The position numbers and the translations under genes were made by a program. From assembly GCA_021776525.1 (NCBI GenBank), contig JAJFFT010000004.1, positions 344,499 through 408,498 on the forward strand: a stretch of 64,000 bases of DNA, in the 5' to 3' direction. Source of the stretch: Robiginitomaculum sp. (GTDB lineage: Bacteria; Pseudomonadota; Alphaproteobacteria; Caulobacterales; Maricaulaceae). The notes below the pieces were generated by a model that ran no database searches, was not told the origin of the DNA, and worked only from the letters and a program-made list of their open reading frames with translations. This document shows, piece by piece, positions 46,941 to 57,042 of the stretch; position 1 is the stretch's first letter, and each line of letters opens with the position of its first letter.

Positions 46941-47881
46941 GCCGTCATATTGCCGTTCTTTTGGGCGGGCCAAGCCCTGAGCGCGAGGTGTCACTGTCAA
47001 CTGGCAAGGCCTGCGCCGATGCCTTGCGTGCCAAAGGCTGGCAGGTCAGTGAAATTGATGCCGGGCGTGATCTGGCTTCCCGGCTAAGCGACATAAATCC
47101 TGATGTGATTTTTAATGCCCTGCATGGGGCCTGGGGCGAAGATGGTACGGTCCAGGGTATTTTGGAAACTTTTGGCAAGCCCTACACCCACTCTGGTGTT
47201 GCTGCGTCGGCCTTGGCGATGGACAAGCACCGCGCCAAGGCGGTTTTGGAATCAGTTGGTATTGCCTGCCCAAAAAGCGTTCTGGCCAACCGCTTTGACG
47301 CTGCAAAAACCCATCTCTTGCCACCGCCATATGTGGCTAAACCCAATGCCCAGGGCTCCAGCGTTGGTGTGCTGATTGTCAAAGAAGGGGCCAATCGGCC
47401 GCCAGCAATTCTGGCCAGTGATGATTGGCCTTATGGTGATGAGATCCTCATCGAGGAATATATACCGGGCCGTGAACTGACCGTGGCCGTGTTGGGTGAC
47501 CGGGCGCTGGCGGTGACAGAAATTTGTCCCAACACTGCGTTTTATGATTATGAAGCAAAATATGCAGATGGCGGGTCTGTGCATGCGATACCGGCCGATA
47601 TACCGACAAACCTCGAAAAGGCCGCATTGGAACAAGCACTTGGCGCGCACAAGGCGCTTGATTGCCGGGGTTTGACGCGTGCAGATTTTCGTTATGATGA
47701 AAAAAATAATATCTTAAGGTTACTCGAAATTAACACCCAACCGGGCATGACTGCTACCTCGCTTGCACCAGAACAGGCGAACCATGTGGGAATCGTATTC
47801 AACGATCTCGTAGAATGGATGGCGGAGAATGCCCATGTCCCGTGCGACACAGCGGGCAAAACCAAAGACCAAGGCGCGTAA
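46937..47881 (+). CDS. ddl: D-alanine--D-alanine ligase
   Basis: 314 aa from an ATG overlapping the murB stop ([36 protein letters not shown]). Confidence 0.95.
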   Translation: MSRHIAVLLGGPSPEREVSLSTGKACADALRAKGWQVSEIDAGRDLASRLSDINPDVIFNALHGAWGEDGTVQGILETFGKPYTHSGVAASALAMDKHRAKAVLESVGIACPKSVLANRFDAAKTHLLPPPYVAKPNAQGSSVGVLIVKEGANRPPAILASDDWPYGDEILIEEYIPGRELTVAVLGDRALAVTEICPNTAFYDYEAKYADGGSVHAIPADIPTNLEKAALEQALGAHKALDCRGLTRADFRYDEKNNILRLLEINTQPGMTATSLAPEQANHVGIVFNDLVEWMAENAHVPCDTAGKTKDQGA

Positions 47882-48773
47882 GGCACCGGCACGCCGGCGC
47901 AAAACTGCGCGTGGGCGCAGCCCTGTGCCGCGCAAAGCCACAAATTGGTTGCATGCGCGCGCCCGCGATGTGAAGCGCGGCCATAATGTTCGCGGTACCG
48001 TGTTGGGGCTTTTTGGCGGTTTTCTGGCCACTCTGTTTATTGCATTATGGCTTTCAGGCGGTATGAGCGCTGCGGTGCTTTCTGCGCAATCGGCCGTACA
48101 AAACAGCCTGTTGGCTGCGGGATTTAAGGTCGAATATATTGAAGTGGTCGGCCCCAGCGGCAAGACCGTTGGCCCGCTCGACAAGGTGGCCGTACGCCGG
48201 GCGCTGGCCGTCGAAGAGGGCGAGTTGGTGTTTTCCGTAAACCTCAATCAGGCCCGCCGCCGTATTGAAGATTTAGGCTGGATCAAGGAAGCCCGCATTG
48301 TGCGGCAATTGCCCAACCGCCTGACGGTGATTGTTATTGAGCGCGCGCCATTTGCGCTCTGGCAGTCGCAGGGCGAATGGCGGGTCATTAGTGAAAATGG
48401 CAGTGTGATTGTCTCGGCAAAAGCCAAAGACAATGCCGACCTGCCTTTGGTGGTCGGTCAGGGCGGACCGCAGCGATTGCAACAATTGTTGATCACCATG
48501 CAGGATTATCCGCGCATTGCCACGCATGTGCATGCTTATGTACGCGTTTCTGATCGGCGCTGGAATTTGCGTCTGGATAACGGCAGCGATTTGATGCTGC
48601 CCGCCGGCAATTTTGCACAGGCTCTGGCCTCTTTCGAGCATGATCCAAAGGCTCTGCGTCTTTTGGAGATGCCTCTGGCGCGCATTGATGCCCGCATGCC
48701 GGGGCAGATATTCGTGCGCCCCAATGTCCCCACAACCCTCGCCAAGAGCGAAGCTAAGGAGCGTGTGTCGTGA
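47829..48773 (+). CDS. ftsQ: cell division protein FtsQ
   Basis: 314 aa with a basic N-tail, a single TM helix, and POTRA plus FtsQ domains. The start is uncertain: the ATG at 47829 overlaps ddl by 53 nt, and in-frame GTG/TTG starts exist downstream. Confidence 0.85.
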   Translation: MPMSRATQRAKPKTKARKAPARRRKTARGRSPVPRKATNWLHARARDVKRGHNVRGTVLGLFGGFLATLFIALWLSGGMSAAVLSAQSAVQNSLLAAGFKVEYIEVVGPSGKTVGPLDKVAVRRALAVEEGELVFSVNLNQARRRIEDLGWIKEARIVRQLPNRLTVIVIERAPFALWQSQGEWRVISENGSVIVSAKAKDNADLPLVVGQGGPQRLQQLLITMQDYPRIATHVHAYVRVSDRRWNLRLDNGSDLMLPAGNFAQALASFEHDPKALRLLEMPLARIDARMPGQIFVRPNVPTTLAKSEAKERVS

Positions 48774-50101
48774 GTAAGAGCGACGTGTCCGCACAGCGTA
48801 AAACATCGATCAATGCCGTCTCATCCGGGGCCGCATCGCGCCAAGCCGCGGTTGGCGTTCTGGATGTTGGTGCGTCTAAAATTGCCTGCTTTGTGGCGCG
48901 TTCCGGCGAATTGCCCAGCGCTTCGATCAGGGTAGCCGGCGTTGGCCACCAATCCTCCAAAGGCTTGCGCTCTGGTAGCATAATCGATCTTGATGCCACA
49001 GAATCCGCCGTTCGCCTGGCCATCGAGCAAGCTGAGCGCATGGCCGGAACATCAATAACCGCCGTTACGCTTAATTATTGCGGGCCATCCTTGCGGGCGC
49101 AAAAAGTACGCGGCATGGCCACCATCAATGGCCGCGAAGTGAATAATCGCGACGTTAAACGGGCTTTGAAAACCGCTTTGGCGGGTTGGCATGAAGAGGA
49201 CCGGGTGATCATTCATGCGATCCCGCAACGCTATAGCGTTGATGACAATGCCGATGTGCGTGACCCGCGTGGCATGTTTGCCTCCCGGTTGGGGGTCGAG
49301 GTTTGCATTGTCAGTGTCGATCGCAATCCCTTGCGTAATCTGGCACTGGTCGTGGACCGTTGCCGCCTTGATCTGCGCTCAATCGTTGCTACGCCCTATG
49401 CGGCGGGTCTGGCCTCGCTGGTTGATGATGAAATGCACCTTGGTGCAACCGTGATTGATATGGGTGCCGGGTCCACATCATTCGCGGTTTTTTGCGATGG
49501 GGCGCTGGTCCATTTGGGGGCTGTACCGCTGGGCGGCCAACATGTCACCAATGACATTGCACGCGGGCTTTCAACGCCGATGGCCGCAGCAGAGCGTATC
49601 AAAACCATGTATGGTACGGTTCTGGACGGTCCCGATGATGATTTTGAAATGATCGATTGCCCCGGCATGTGTGATGACCCGGGTATGCGTACCGATCAGG
49701 CCCCTCGCGCTGTCCTGACCAGTGTCATACGCCCCAGACTGGAAGAAATTTTTGAAATGGTGCGTGACCAGCTGCAAAGCGGTGGCGTCTATCGCGATGC
49801 CGGTGAACGGGTGGTTTTGGTTGGCGGTGCCAGCCAGCTGGACGGCGTCCGAGAACTGGCCGGTCGGGTGTTGAAAAAACAAGTGCGTCTGGGCCGGCCA
49901 CTACGCCTTTCAGGCCTTGGTGATGCGGTTAACGGGGCCGGTTTTGCCGCCACCGCTGGAACCTTGCATCATGTTATATCCGGCCCGCGTGAAGCCATTT
50001 ACGGGGCACCCGATCTGGCCGGTGATGGTCGGCACAATGGCAATGGTGACCGTACGCATCCGGTCAGACAACTGTGGGGCTGGCTTAAAGATAATTTCTA
50101 G
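48770..50101 (+). CDS. ftsA: cell division protein FtsA
   Basis: 443 aa with an actin-like ATPase fold (VIDMGAGSTS, LVGGASQL) and a C-terminal amphipathic helix (LWGWLKDNF). The GTG start overlaps the ftsQ stop. Confidence 0.95.
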   Translation: MSKSDVSAQRKTSINAVSSGAASRQAAVGVLDVGASKIACFVARSGELPSASIRVAGVGHQSSKGLRSGSIIDLDATESAVRLAIEQAERMAGTSITAVTLNYCGPSLRAQKVRGMATINGREVNNRDVKRALKTALAGWHEEDRVIIHAIPQRYSVDDNADVRDPRGMFASRLGVEVCIVSVDRNPLRNLALVVDRCRLDLRSIVATPYAAGLASLVDDEMHLGATVIDMGAGSTSFAVFCDGALVHLGAVPLGGQHVTNDIARGLSTPMAAAERIKTMYGTVLDGPDDDFEMIDCPGMCDDPGMRTDQAPRAVLTSVIRPRLEEIFEMVRDQLQSGGVYRDAGERVVLVGGASQLDGVRELAGRVLKKQVRLGRPLRLSGLGDAVNGAGFAATAGTLHHVISGPREAIYGAPDLAGDGRHNGNGDRTHPVRQLWGWLKDNF

Positions 50102-50127
50102 TCGCCTGCTTTGAATGCTTTGTCGCT

Positions 50128-50682
50128 CTACATACGACTCCAAGTGCCATCAGGGTTTTTGCATAAAATAATCGTTTCAGGGTCATAATAACCATTTTGA
50201 TCAGCGGTTTTTGTGGTGATGGTGTTACAGGTGCGTCCATCACTGGCGACAAAAGTTTGTGCGGGTTGTGCTGATCCGCCATAGCCACTGTCATTATTCG
50301 TCCAGCTTTGGGCTTGTCCTGTATTGATGGCCCGCACCGCAGCTTCATCTTGTAGATAGCGATCACAGGACGACATTTTTCCAGCGATGGCCTGGCCGGC
50401 AATGGCACCACCCACCGCGCCGGCTATGGTGCCGGTTTCATGGTGACGCCCACCGTCAATTTTACGACCGATAAAACCGCCAACAGCTGCGCCGCCCAGT
50501 GCGCCAAGAATTTTATTCTTCTTTTTCTTTTTATGATTGGCGCACGGATGTTTGCGTTTTCCACTATCGTAGGTGCTGTTATTTTGGGCCTGAACAGGTT
50601 GTGCCATTGCGCCAAACCCGGCTACGCTGATGCTTAAGGCTATGAAAAAGCTGGTTGTATGTTGGTGAAGTGGAACAGACAT
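50128..50682 (-). CDS. secreted glycine-zipper / 17-kDa surface-antigen-like protein
   Basis: 184 aa from MSVPLH, with a GAGGAAG Shine-Dalgarno and a signal peptide ending AMAQP. It has a Lys-rich stretch (HKKKKKNK), glycine zippers (GALGGAAVGGFIG, GTIAGAVGGAIAGQAIAG), and a Cys-containing C-terminal surface-antigen-like domain. Confidence 0.75.
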   Translation of the reverse strand: MSVPLHQHTTSFFIALSISVAGFGAMAQPVQAQNNSTYDSGKRKHPCANHKKKKKNKILGALGGAAVGGFIGRKIDGGRHHETGTIAGAVGGAIAGQAIAGKMSSCDRYLQDEAAVRAINTGQAQSWTNNDSGYGGSAQPAQTFVASDGRTCNTITTKTADQNGYYDPETIILCKNPDGTWSRM

Positions 50683-50781
50683 AATCTTCCTCGCTTGTAT
50701 GGCGGCCACAGGGCAGAGAATCAGTTCAAAGGCCGGTTTTCTCAAAAAGAGTGTACCACAGACATCAATCCTTTCTTAAGC

Positions 50782-50796
50782 TTAACTGGGCGTTAA
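50782..50796. promoter_or_regulatory. TTAA-N7-TTAA (CtrA-box-like) motif upstream of ftsZ
   Basis: TTAACTGGGCGTTAA lies about 55 nt upstream of the ftsZ ATG, with a third TTAA 2 nt further upstream. This is a motif match only. Confidence 0.3.
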
Positions 50797-50850
50797 AGGT
50801 CACCGCCCCATAATCAACCTTCATTCTGATTTTCTTTTAGGGGCCGACCT

Positions 50851-52380
50851 ATGCCTATTTCACTTTCCGCACCAAAAGTGCTTGAGCTTAAACCACGCAT
50901 CGTCGTATTTGGTGTCGGTGGCGCCGGCGGCAATGCCGTCAACAACATGATCGAAGCCGATCTTCAGGGCGTCGAATTTGTCGTCGCCAATACCGATGCA
51001 CAGGCTTTGCACTTCTCAAAAGCGGAATGCACCATTCAAATGGGCCCAGCCATAACCGGTGGCCTTGGGGCCGGTGCCAATCCTGAAAAAGGTGCACAAT
51101 CAGCAGAGGATTCTGCCGATGAAATTGCCGCGCAGATCGAAAGCGCGCACATGGTCTTTATTACCGCTGGCATGGGTGGTGGCACGGGTACCGGGGCGGC
51201 CCCGGTAATTGCCCGTATGGCCCGCGAACGCGGCATTCTTACGGTCGGTGTGGTTACCAAGCCTTTTCGCTTTGAGGGCGATCGGCGGATGCGCATTGCC
51301 AATCAAGGTATCGAAGAGCTGCAAAGCGCCGTTGATACACTGATCATTATTCCCAATCAGAATTTGTTTCGCATTACCAATGACAAAACCACGGTCACGG
51401 ATGCCTTTTCAATGGCCGACGAAGTCTTGCATTCGGGCGTCCGCGGCCTGACCAGCCTGATGGTCCAGCCGGGCCTGATCAATCTTGATTTTGCCGATGT
51501 TCGCACCGTGATGAACGAAATGGGCAAGGCCCTGATGGGGACCGGCGAAGCCGGGGGTGAAGACCGCGCCATCGAGGCCGCTCGTGCCGCCATTGCCAAT
51601 CCGCTGCTGGATGATGTGGCCATTCGCGGCGCACAGGGCGTCTTGATCAATATCACCGGGGGCGAGGATTTGACCCTGCATGAGGTCGACGAAGCCGCCG
51701 AGCTGATTCGCGCCGAAGTTGACGAAGGGGCCAATATCATTGTTGGCGCAACGTTTGATGATACGCTGGACGGTGTGATGCGGGTCTCCGTTGTCGCCAC
51801 CGGCATCGAAATGAACGAAGATATGAAAACCGCGCGCAATGCGCAAAACACCCGCCCGGCGTTCGAGCGTCCAACAACGACGCAAGCAACGCCCCAGGCA
51901 CCGTCCACGACACCGCCAATGCCGCCAGCAGAGCCAGTGGCACCAGAAATGACAACAGCCGCAACGGATTACGCCGCGCCTGAGATGTCCCATAATACGC
52001 CTGACGTTGAGCCAGAACCCGAACCATATATGGCCGACACAGCCCCTATGGAGATGGAAGACCCTGCGCCAATGGAGATGGCGGCTCCACACGAAGAGCC
52101 GGTTATAGAAGATTCTGTGCAGGATGAAATTCACGAGGAACAGCCCCGCCAGCCCCGTTTTGGTCTTGGCTTTTTAGGCCTGCGCCGCAAACCATCCGGT
52201 CCACCGCCTGCGTTTATTGCCGATAACCCGCCGAAGATGAGCCACCGCGCTGAGTCGCAGGCCGAAACCCGCCGTGTTACACCAACGCTAGACGACGAAG
52301 CACCTTCTGGGGACCTGTTTGGTGGCCATATTGATGAAGAGCTGGAAATCCCGGCCTTTTTGAGGCGCCAAGCCAACTAA
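50851..52380 (+). CDS. ftsZ: cell division GTPase FtsZ
   Basis: 509 aa with the tubulin signature [10 protein letters not shown], a long Pro/Glu-rich linker and the conserved C-terminal peptide (EIPAFLRRQ). Confidence 0.98.
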   Translation: MPISLSAPKVLELKPRIVVFGVGGAGGNAVNNMIEADLQGVEFVVANTDAQALHFSKAECTIQMGPAITGGLGAGANPEKGAQSAEDSADEIAAQIESAHMVFITAGMGGGTGTGAAPVIARMARERGILTVGVVTKPFRFEGDRRMRIANQGIEELQSAVDTLIIIPNQNLFRITNDKTTVTDAFSMADEVLHSGVRGLTSLMVQPGLINLDFADVRTVMNEMGKALMGTGEAGGEDRAIEAARAAIANPLLDDVAIRGAQGVLINITGGEDLTLHEVDEAAELIRAEVDEGANIIVGATFDDTLDGVMRVSVVATGIEMNEDMKTARNAQNTRPAFERPTTTQATPQAPSTTPPMPPAEPVAPEMTTAATDYAAPEMSHNTPDVEPEPEPYMADTAPMEMEDPAPMEMAAPHEEPVIEDSVQDEIHEEQPRQPRFGLGFLGLRRKPSGPPPAFIADNPPKMSHRAESQAETRRVTPTLDDEAPSGDLFGGHIDEELEIPAFLRRQAN

Positions 52381-52492
52381 CCGGCCAGGTGCCAAAGCCG
52401 ATTTGGCAATATTTCGACAAATATCGTTTATTGCGCGTGGTTCGTGATCCGCGTAACTGTGCCTAGATGTCAGGACAAGGACAACAGGCCCG

Positions 52493-53395
52493 GTGAGCAC
52501 GGTATTTCCATTTACAACGCTGCCTCACAACCAGCATACACTGGCAGCGCCCCTCGTTTGTGCCGGTATCGGGCTGCACAGCGGCGCAAATGCTAGTTTA
52601 AGCGTTCACCCGGCCCCCGCAAACAGCGGCTTGGTGATCATCCGCACGGATGTGGCGGATGAAAGTGGGCGCCTTGAATTGCGGGCCGATGCGGTTGTTC
52701 AAACCATACGCGGTACCAATCTTGGCAATGCTGCGGGAACCATGATTGCCACAACCGAACATGTCCTGGCGGCGCTTTACGCCTGTGGTGTTGATAATGC
52801 GGTGCTGAATATCGATGGCCCTGAAATGCCGGCCATGGATGGCAGCGCGCTTGCCTTTGCCGAAGCGATCAGCAAATCCGGCCTGAAAGAGCAACGCGCA
52901 CAGCGCCATTATATCGAAGTGCTCAAACCACTGCAGATCAGCGATGGCACAAGACAGGTCAGCCTTGCGCCCCGGCAAAACTTAATGATCAGCGCCCGCA
53001 TTGATTATCCGGCTACATTGATCGGCGTGCAGAATTTTCAATGCGAAATTACTGCAGCAAACTTTGTCGCCGATATCGCCCCGGCCAGAACTTTCGTTTT
53101 AGAACAAGAAGTTGCGGACTTGCGTGATGCAGGTCTTGCCCGCGGCGGATCCCACGACAACTGTCTTGTTATTGATGGCATGGCTTTGCAAAATAAAGAT
53201 GGCTTGCGTTTCAAGGACGAATTTGCGCGCCATAAAGTTCTTGATATTCTGGGCGATATTGCTCTGGCCGGCGCGCCAATACTGGGGCATTTTACCTCTG
53301 ATTGTGCCGGGCATGCCCTCAATAATGCGTTGATCCGGGCGTTGATGGCCGACGCGTCTGCATGGCGTAAGACGACGCTGCCTCTGGCCAAATGA
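52493..53395 (+). CDS. lpxC: UDP-3-O-acyl-N-acetylglucosamine deacetylase
   Basis: 300 aa with a GTG start (GIGLHSG, TTEHVLAAL, ARTF, FARHKVLDILGD, GHALN). Confidence 0.95.
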   Translation: MSTVFPFTTLPHNQHTLAAPLVCAGIGLHSGANASLSVHPAPANSGLVIIRTDVADESGRLELRADAVVQTIRGTNLGNAAGTMIATTEHVLAALYACGVDNAVLNIDGPEMPAMDGSALAFAEAISKSGLKEQRAQRHYIEVLKPLQISDGTRQVSLAPRQNLMISARIDYPATLIGVQNFQCEITAANFVADIAPARTFVLEQEVADLRDAGLARGGSHDNCLVIDGMALQNKDGLRFKDEFARHKVLDILGDIALAGAPILGHFTSDCAGHALNNALIRALMADASAWRKTTLPLAK

Positions 53396-53500
53396 AACAA
53401 GTCTAACCGCATAATCTGGGGCGGGCATAAGTCAAATTTATAGTGGGCCATCGCGGCGATAAACCTCGTTATCTGGGACAATTTATCCCCGCTTTTAGCA

Positions 53501-53601
53501 GGGGCAAAAAGGGACTAAAAGCTCCGTTTTAAGGGCAATTAGGGGGTAATAAGGGACACTTTAGGGGCATTTTTGGGAAAATCAGAGGGTCGCTAAGGGA
53601 C
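53501..53601. repeat. array of nine G3-5 tracts phased at about 10.7 bp and separated by A/T-rich spacers
   Basis: G-runs start at 53501, 53511, 53533, 53542, 53553, 53564, 53575, 53587 and 53597. AAGGGAC occurs three times (53509, 53551, 53595), and GGGAC also occurs at 53475. Confidence 0.6.
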
Positions 53602-53856
53602 GCTATTGCCCCTTGAGGCATGATTTGCACAAACTTATCCAACACCCAGGCAAATGGAGTATGATTTCCCACACTGAAAGGTGCTTTGCCGTTGCATCGG
53701 CCCAGAAGGGGGAGATTCAAGGCGGGGCACAGCGAAAAGTTCAACTCTGGCCGCATTCAATCAAGGCAAAAGTGTGATTGTTCCAGCTTGGCGCTTCACC
53801 CCGGCACCGCTTCGGGGTACAGAGTGTTTTCCGGTTCCCAATTGTCAGACTGTATC

Positions 53857-54708
53857 ATGCCAAAAATATTTACTGCGCTAGTCCTTGCTTCATTGGTCTT
53901 CACTGTCGGTTGCGGCAGCAAGGGTAAGAAAAAACTGGCCTATGTCGAACGCCCGGCCGAGAAAATTTATCTTGAGGGTTACGACAAAATGGGACGGCGA
54001 GAATGGCCGCGTGCCGTTTTGCTGTTCGATGAAGTAGAGCGCCAGCATCCGTATTCGGTCTGGGCACGTCGCGCCATGTTGATGGCAGCCTATGCCAATT
54101 ACCAGTCCAATAAATATACCGAAGCGATCAGTGCGGCCCAACGCTTTGTGGCCCTGCACCCCGGTTCGCGCAGTGCGCCCTATGCTTATTACCTGATTGG
54201 TATTTGTCATTTTGAACAAATTTCTGATGTGGGCCGCGACCAGTTGGAAACCCAACAGGCGCTTGATGCCTTGCGTCAGGTGCTTCGCCGCTTTCCCAAC
54301 AGCGAATATGCCCGCGATGCACGGCTGAAAATCGATCTGACCAATGACCAGCTGGCTGGCAAGGATATGGCGGTTGGCCGCTGGTATTTGCGCCGCGGTT
54401 ATCACCTGGCGGCAATCGCCCGTTTCCAGCATGTGATTGATGTCTATGAAACCACCAGCCACACCCCCGAAGCCCTGCACCGTCTGGTCGAGGCTTATGT
54501 GCGACTGGGCGTTTTGGACGAGGCCGTTCAGGTGGCCGCTGTTTTGGGCCACAATTATCCGGGCACGGACTGGTATCAGGATTCGTACCGCCTCTTGGCC
54601 AAAAACGGCGTCACAAACGTGGCCGAAGCCCAAAGCGATGCACAAACTGATGAAGAGCAAAAAAAGAAAGGTTCATTCATCAGCCGCACCTGGAGACGTT
54701 TATTCTAA
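53857..54708 (+). CDS. bamD: outer membrane protein assembly factor BamD
   Basis: 283 aa from MPKIFTALVLASLVFTVGC (lipobox). TPR-like repeats follow (YEGYDKM, YANYQSNKY, YAYYLIGICHF). The track ORF start at 53686 is an upstream extension. Confidence 0.9.
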   Translation: MPKIFTALVLASLVFTVGCGSKGKKKLAYVERPAEKIYLEGYDKMGRREWPRAVLLFDEVERQHPYSVWARRAMLMAAYANYQSNKYTEAISAAQRFVALHPGSRSAPYAYYLIGICHFEQISDVGRDQLETQQALDALRQVLRRFPNSEYARDARLKIDLTNDQLAGKDMAVGRWYLRRGYHLAAIARFQHVIDVYETTSHTPEALHRLVEAYVRLGVLDEAVQVAAVLGHNYPGTDWYQDSYRLLAKNGVTNVAEAQSDAQTDEEQKKKGSFISRTWRRLF

Positions 54709-54721
54709 ACCCTAGCACACC

Positions 54722-56428
54722 ATGCTGAACGCACTGACCATTCGCAATATCGTGCTGATTGACCGGCTGGATCTGGTGTTCGAACCGGGTTTAACGGCGC
54801 TGACCGGTGAAACCGGTGCGGGTAAATCCATAATTCTGGATGCGCTTGGATTGGCACTGGGTATGCGCGGTGCCAAATCATTGGTGCGCAATGGCGCAAC
54901 ACAGGCCAGCGTTAGCGCGATGTTCTCGCTTGGACAGGCGCACCCGGCGCTGGACCTTCTTGATGATGCCGGTGTTGATCAGGGCGAGGGTGAAGATCTG
55001 GTCTTGCGCCGTACTTTGGGGGCCGATGGGCGCAGCCGCGCCTTTATCAATGACCAGCCGGTATCGGCAAAGCTGTTACAGGACGTTGGCACCAAAGTGC
55101 TTGAAATTCATGGCCAGCATGACGGGCAGGGTCTGATGAATGCCGCCACCCACCGCCCATTGTTGGATGGTTATGCCAGTTTGCAAGGCGATGTCGCGGC
55201 TTTGGGTGGCATGTGGCAGGCCTTGCAGGATGCCCGCACGCGCATGTCCGGTCTGGCCGAGCGGCGCGCACAAGGCGATGCCCAAAGTGATTTTGTGCGC
55301 ATGTCGTTGGAAGAGTTGAACCGGCTGGACCCCAAAGACAATGAAGAAGAGGGGCTGGCCGAAGAACGCGCCTTTTTAATGCAGGCCCATAAAATTGCCC
55401 AGCGCGTCGAAACCGCCAGCACATTGCTGCGCGATGGTACCGGTCTGGAGGCAAACCTGTCTTCGGCGCTGGTGGCGCTGGAACAGGCGCTGGATGGTTT
55501 GCAGGACGGGGCGCAGTCCGAAGTGGTCAAGCTGCCGCTGGAACGCGGCGCCGGTGCACTGGAACGCGCTTTGATCGAGATGAGCGAGGCGTCTTCTGCG
55601 CTGGATGATGCCGGGCAGGCCCTTGATGTTCAACCCGAACGCATGGAACGCGCCGAAGAACGACTGTTTGCTTTGCGGGCTGCGGCGCGCAAACACGGGG
55701 TGCAGGTTGACGGTCTGGTGGAATTGCGCGCCCAATTGACCGCCGAGCTGGAAAGCGTTGAAAATCTGGCAGAGGACGAAAAGGCGGCCCGTCTGGCCTT
55801 TGAAAAGGCACAAAGCACTTATGATCGTGCTGCTGGCGCATTGGCTCAAAAGCGCGCCAAGGCTGGCCAGCAACTGGAACGCATTCTCGCAAAAGAACTG
55901 GTCCCCCTGAAGATGGACAAGGCACGCTTTGCCGTGCGCCAAATCATGCTGGAGGCCGATCGGGCTGGTCCCGGCGGTGCAGATCAGATTCATTTCGAGG
56001 TCAGCACCAATCCCGGCACGCCGTTTGGGCCACTGGGTTCGATCGCCTCTGGCGGTGAGCTGTCGCGCTTTTCACTGGCGCTCAAAGCCGCACTGGCCAG
56101 CCGCGATGGCCCGCAGGCGATGATTTTTGATGAAATTGATCAAGGGGTTGGCGGCGCGGTTGCCGATGCGGTGGGGCGTCGTCTGGCCGACCTCTCCAAA
56201 GGCGCGCAAGTGTTGATGGTCACCCACAGCCCGCAAGTGGCGGCGCGGGCCAATACGCAAATCCGGGTGGAAAAATACGTTAAGGATAAAACCACACTGA
56301 CCCGTCTTCGGGTGCTGGATGCCGATGAACGCTGTGAGGAAATTGCCCGCATGCTGGCCGGTGCCGATGTCTCCGATGAAGCGCGGGCTGCGGCACGGGC
56401 CTTGCTGGACCCTGCCGCCGCTGACTAG
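54722..56428 (+). CDS. recN: DNA repair protein RecN
   Basis: 568 aa, SMC-like, with Walker A GETGAGKS, a long coiled coil, the signature GGELSR and Walker B MIFDEIDQG. Confidence 0.95.
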   Translation: MLNALTIRNIVLIDRLDLVFEPGLTALTGETGAGKSIILDALGLALGMRGAKSLVRNGATQASVSAMFSLGQAHPALDLLDDAGVDQGEGEDLVLRRTLGADGRSRAFINDQPVSAKLLQDVGTKVLEIHGQHDGQGLMNAATHRPLLDGYASLQGDVAALGGMWQALQDARTRMSGLAERRAQGDAQSDFVRMSLEELNRLDPKDNEEEGLAEERAFLMQAHKIAQRVETASTLLRDGTGLEANLSSALVALEQALDGLQDGAQSEVVKLPLERGAGALERALIEMSEASSALDDAGQALDVQPERMERAEERLFALRAAARKHGVQVDGLVELRAQLTAELESVENLAEDEKAARLAFEKAQSTYDRAAGALAQKRAKAGQQLERILAKELVPLKMDKARFAVRQIMLEADRAGPGGADQIHFEVSTNPGTPFGPLGSIASGGELSRFSLALKAALASRDGPQAMIFDEIDQGVGGAVADAVGRRLADLSKGAQVLMVTHSPQVAARANTQIRVEKYVKDKTTLTRLRVLDADERCEEIARMLAGADVSDEARAAARALLDPAAAD

Positions 56429-57039
56429 GCCAGTTTTGTATCGGCGGCGCGCCATAAATACCAACAGGCGATCGAGCGCCATGGCCGCCATTGCTCGCCC
56501 ATTTCGGTAAATGCCTGTGCATCCGGACGGGTGTCCAGTCCATAGGCGATCTGCGCCCCGTTCAACAGGCCAACATCATTTAATGGCAAAATGTCTGGGC
56601 GCCCCAATGTGGACATCAGGAACATTTCGGCAGTCCATTTGCCGACCCCGCGCACGGTGACAAGGCGTTCAATGACATGATCATCATCCAGCGCCGATAA
56701 TTCGTCTTGGGTGGGGATGGTGCCGTCCAGCGATTTGGCCGCAACATCAATCACCGCCAACGCCTTATTGCGCGATAAACCAACGGCGCGCAGGGCTTCC
56801 CATTCCATAGCTGCCAGTGCGGTTTGCGGTGGAAATTCAGCATCAAAAAGCGCCGCAAACCGGCCCCAGATGGCACTGGCGGCGGCCCCTGAAATTTGTT
56901 GAAAAATGATTGTGCGGACCAAAGCCCGGTACGGGTTGGTATCAGGATTATATTGAAGCGGGCAGGGGCCATGACGTTCAATAAGGCCCTGCATGACCGG
57001 GTCTGTGTTCAGGTGTGCGTATGCGGGTTTTGTGCTCAT
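56425..57039 (-). CDS. HhH-GPD family DNA-3-methyladenine glycosylase (AlkA-like)
   Basis: 204 aa with a helix-hairpin-helix and catalytic Asp region (LVTVRGVGKWTAEMFLM...PLNDVGL). It is convergent with recN and overlaps it by 4 nt. Confidence 0.85.
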   Translation of the reverse strand: MSTKPAYAHLNTDPVMQGLIERHGPCPLQYNPDTNPYRALVRTIIFQQISGAAASAIWGRFAALFDAEFPPQTALAAMEWEALRAVGLSRNKALAVIDVAAKSLDGTIPTQDELSALDDDHVIERLVTVRGVGKWTAEMFLMSTLGRPDILPLNDVGLLNGAQIAYGLDTRPDAQAFTEMGEQWRPWRSIACWYLWRAADTKLA

Positions 57040-57042
57040 GAC

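Noticed and set aside
53501-53601. Reading the G-tract array as a CsrB/RsmZ-like CsrA-sponge sRNA.
   Set aside because: The repeated motif is (A)AGGGAC/AGGGG in A/U-rich single-stranded context, not GGA in hairpin loops. No promoter or terminator brackets it. As far as I know, alphaproteobacteria generally lack CsrA. It is kept as an unexplained periodic array instead.
53529-53756. 75-aa minus-strand ORF and the 53686 upstream extension of bamD in the lpxC-bamD spacer.
   Set aside because: Neither has a Shine-Dalgarno and both are Pro/Leu-rich with a repeat-driven translation. BamD has a clean lipoprotein signal starting at 53857.
53798-53830. Hairpin ACCCCG-N9-CGGGGT followed by a T4 run just upstream of bamD, as a possible sRNA terminator or attenuator.
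   Set aside because: The stem has only 6 bp and the U-run is short and displaced by 8 nt. This is not convincing without expression data.
53890-54660. 256-aa ORF antisense to bamD. Similar long antisense ORFs occur at 58170-58877, 58959-59576, 29449-30180, 41542-42150 and 51409-52134.
   Set aside because: Each lies within a confidently identified gene on the opposite strand and has a shadow-ORF composition.
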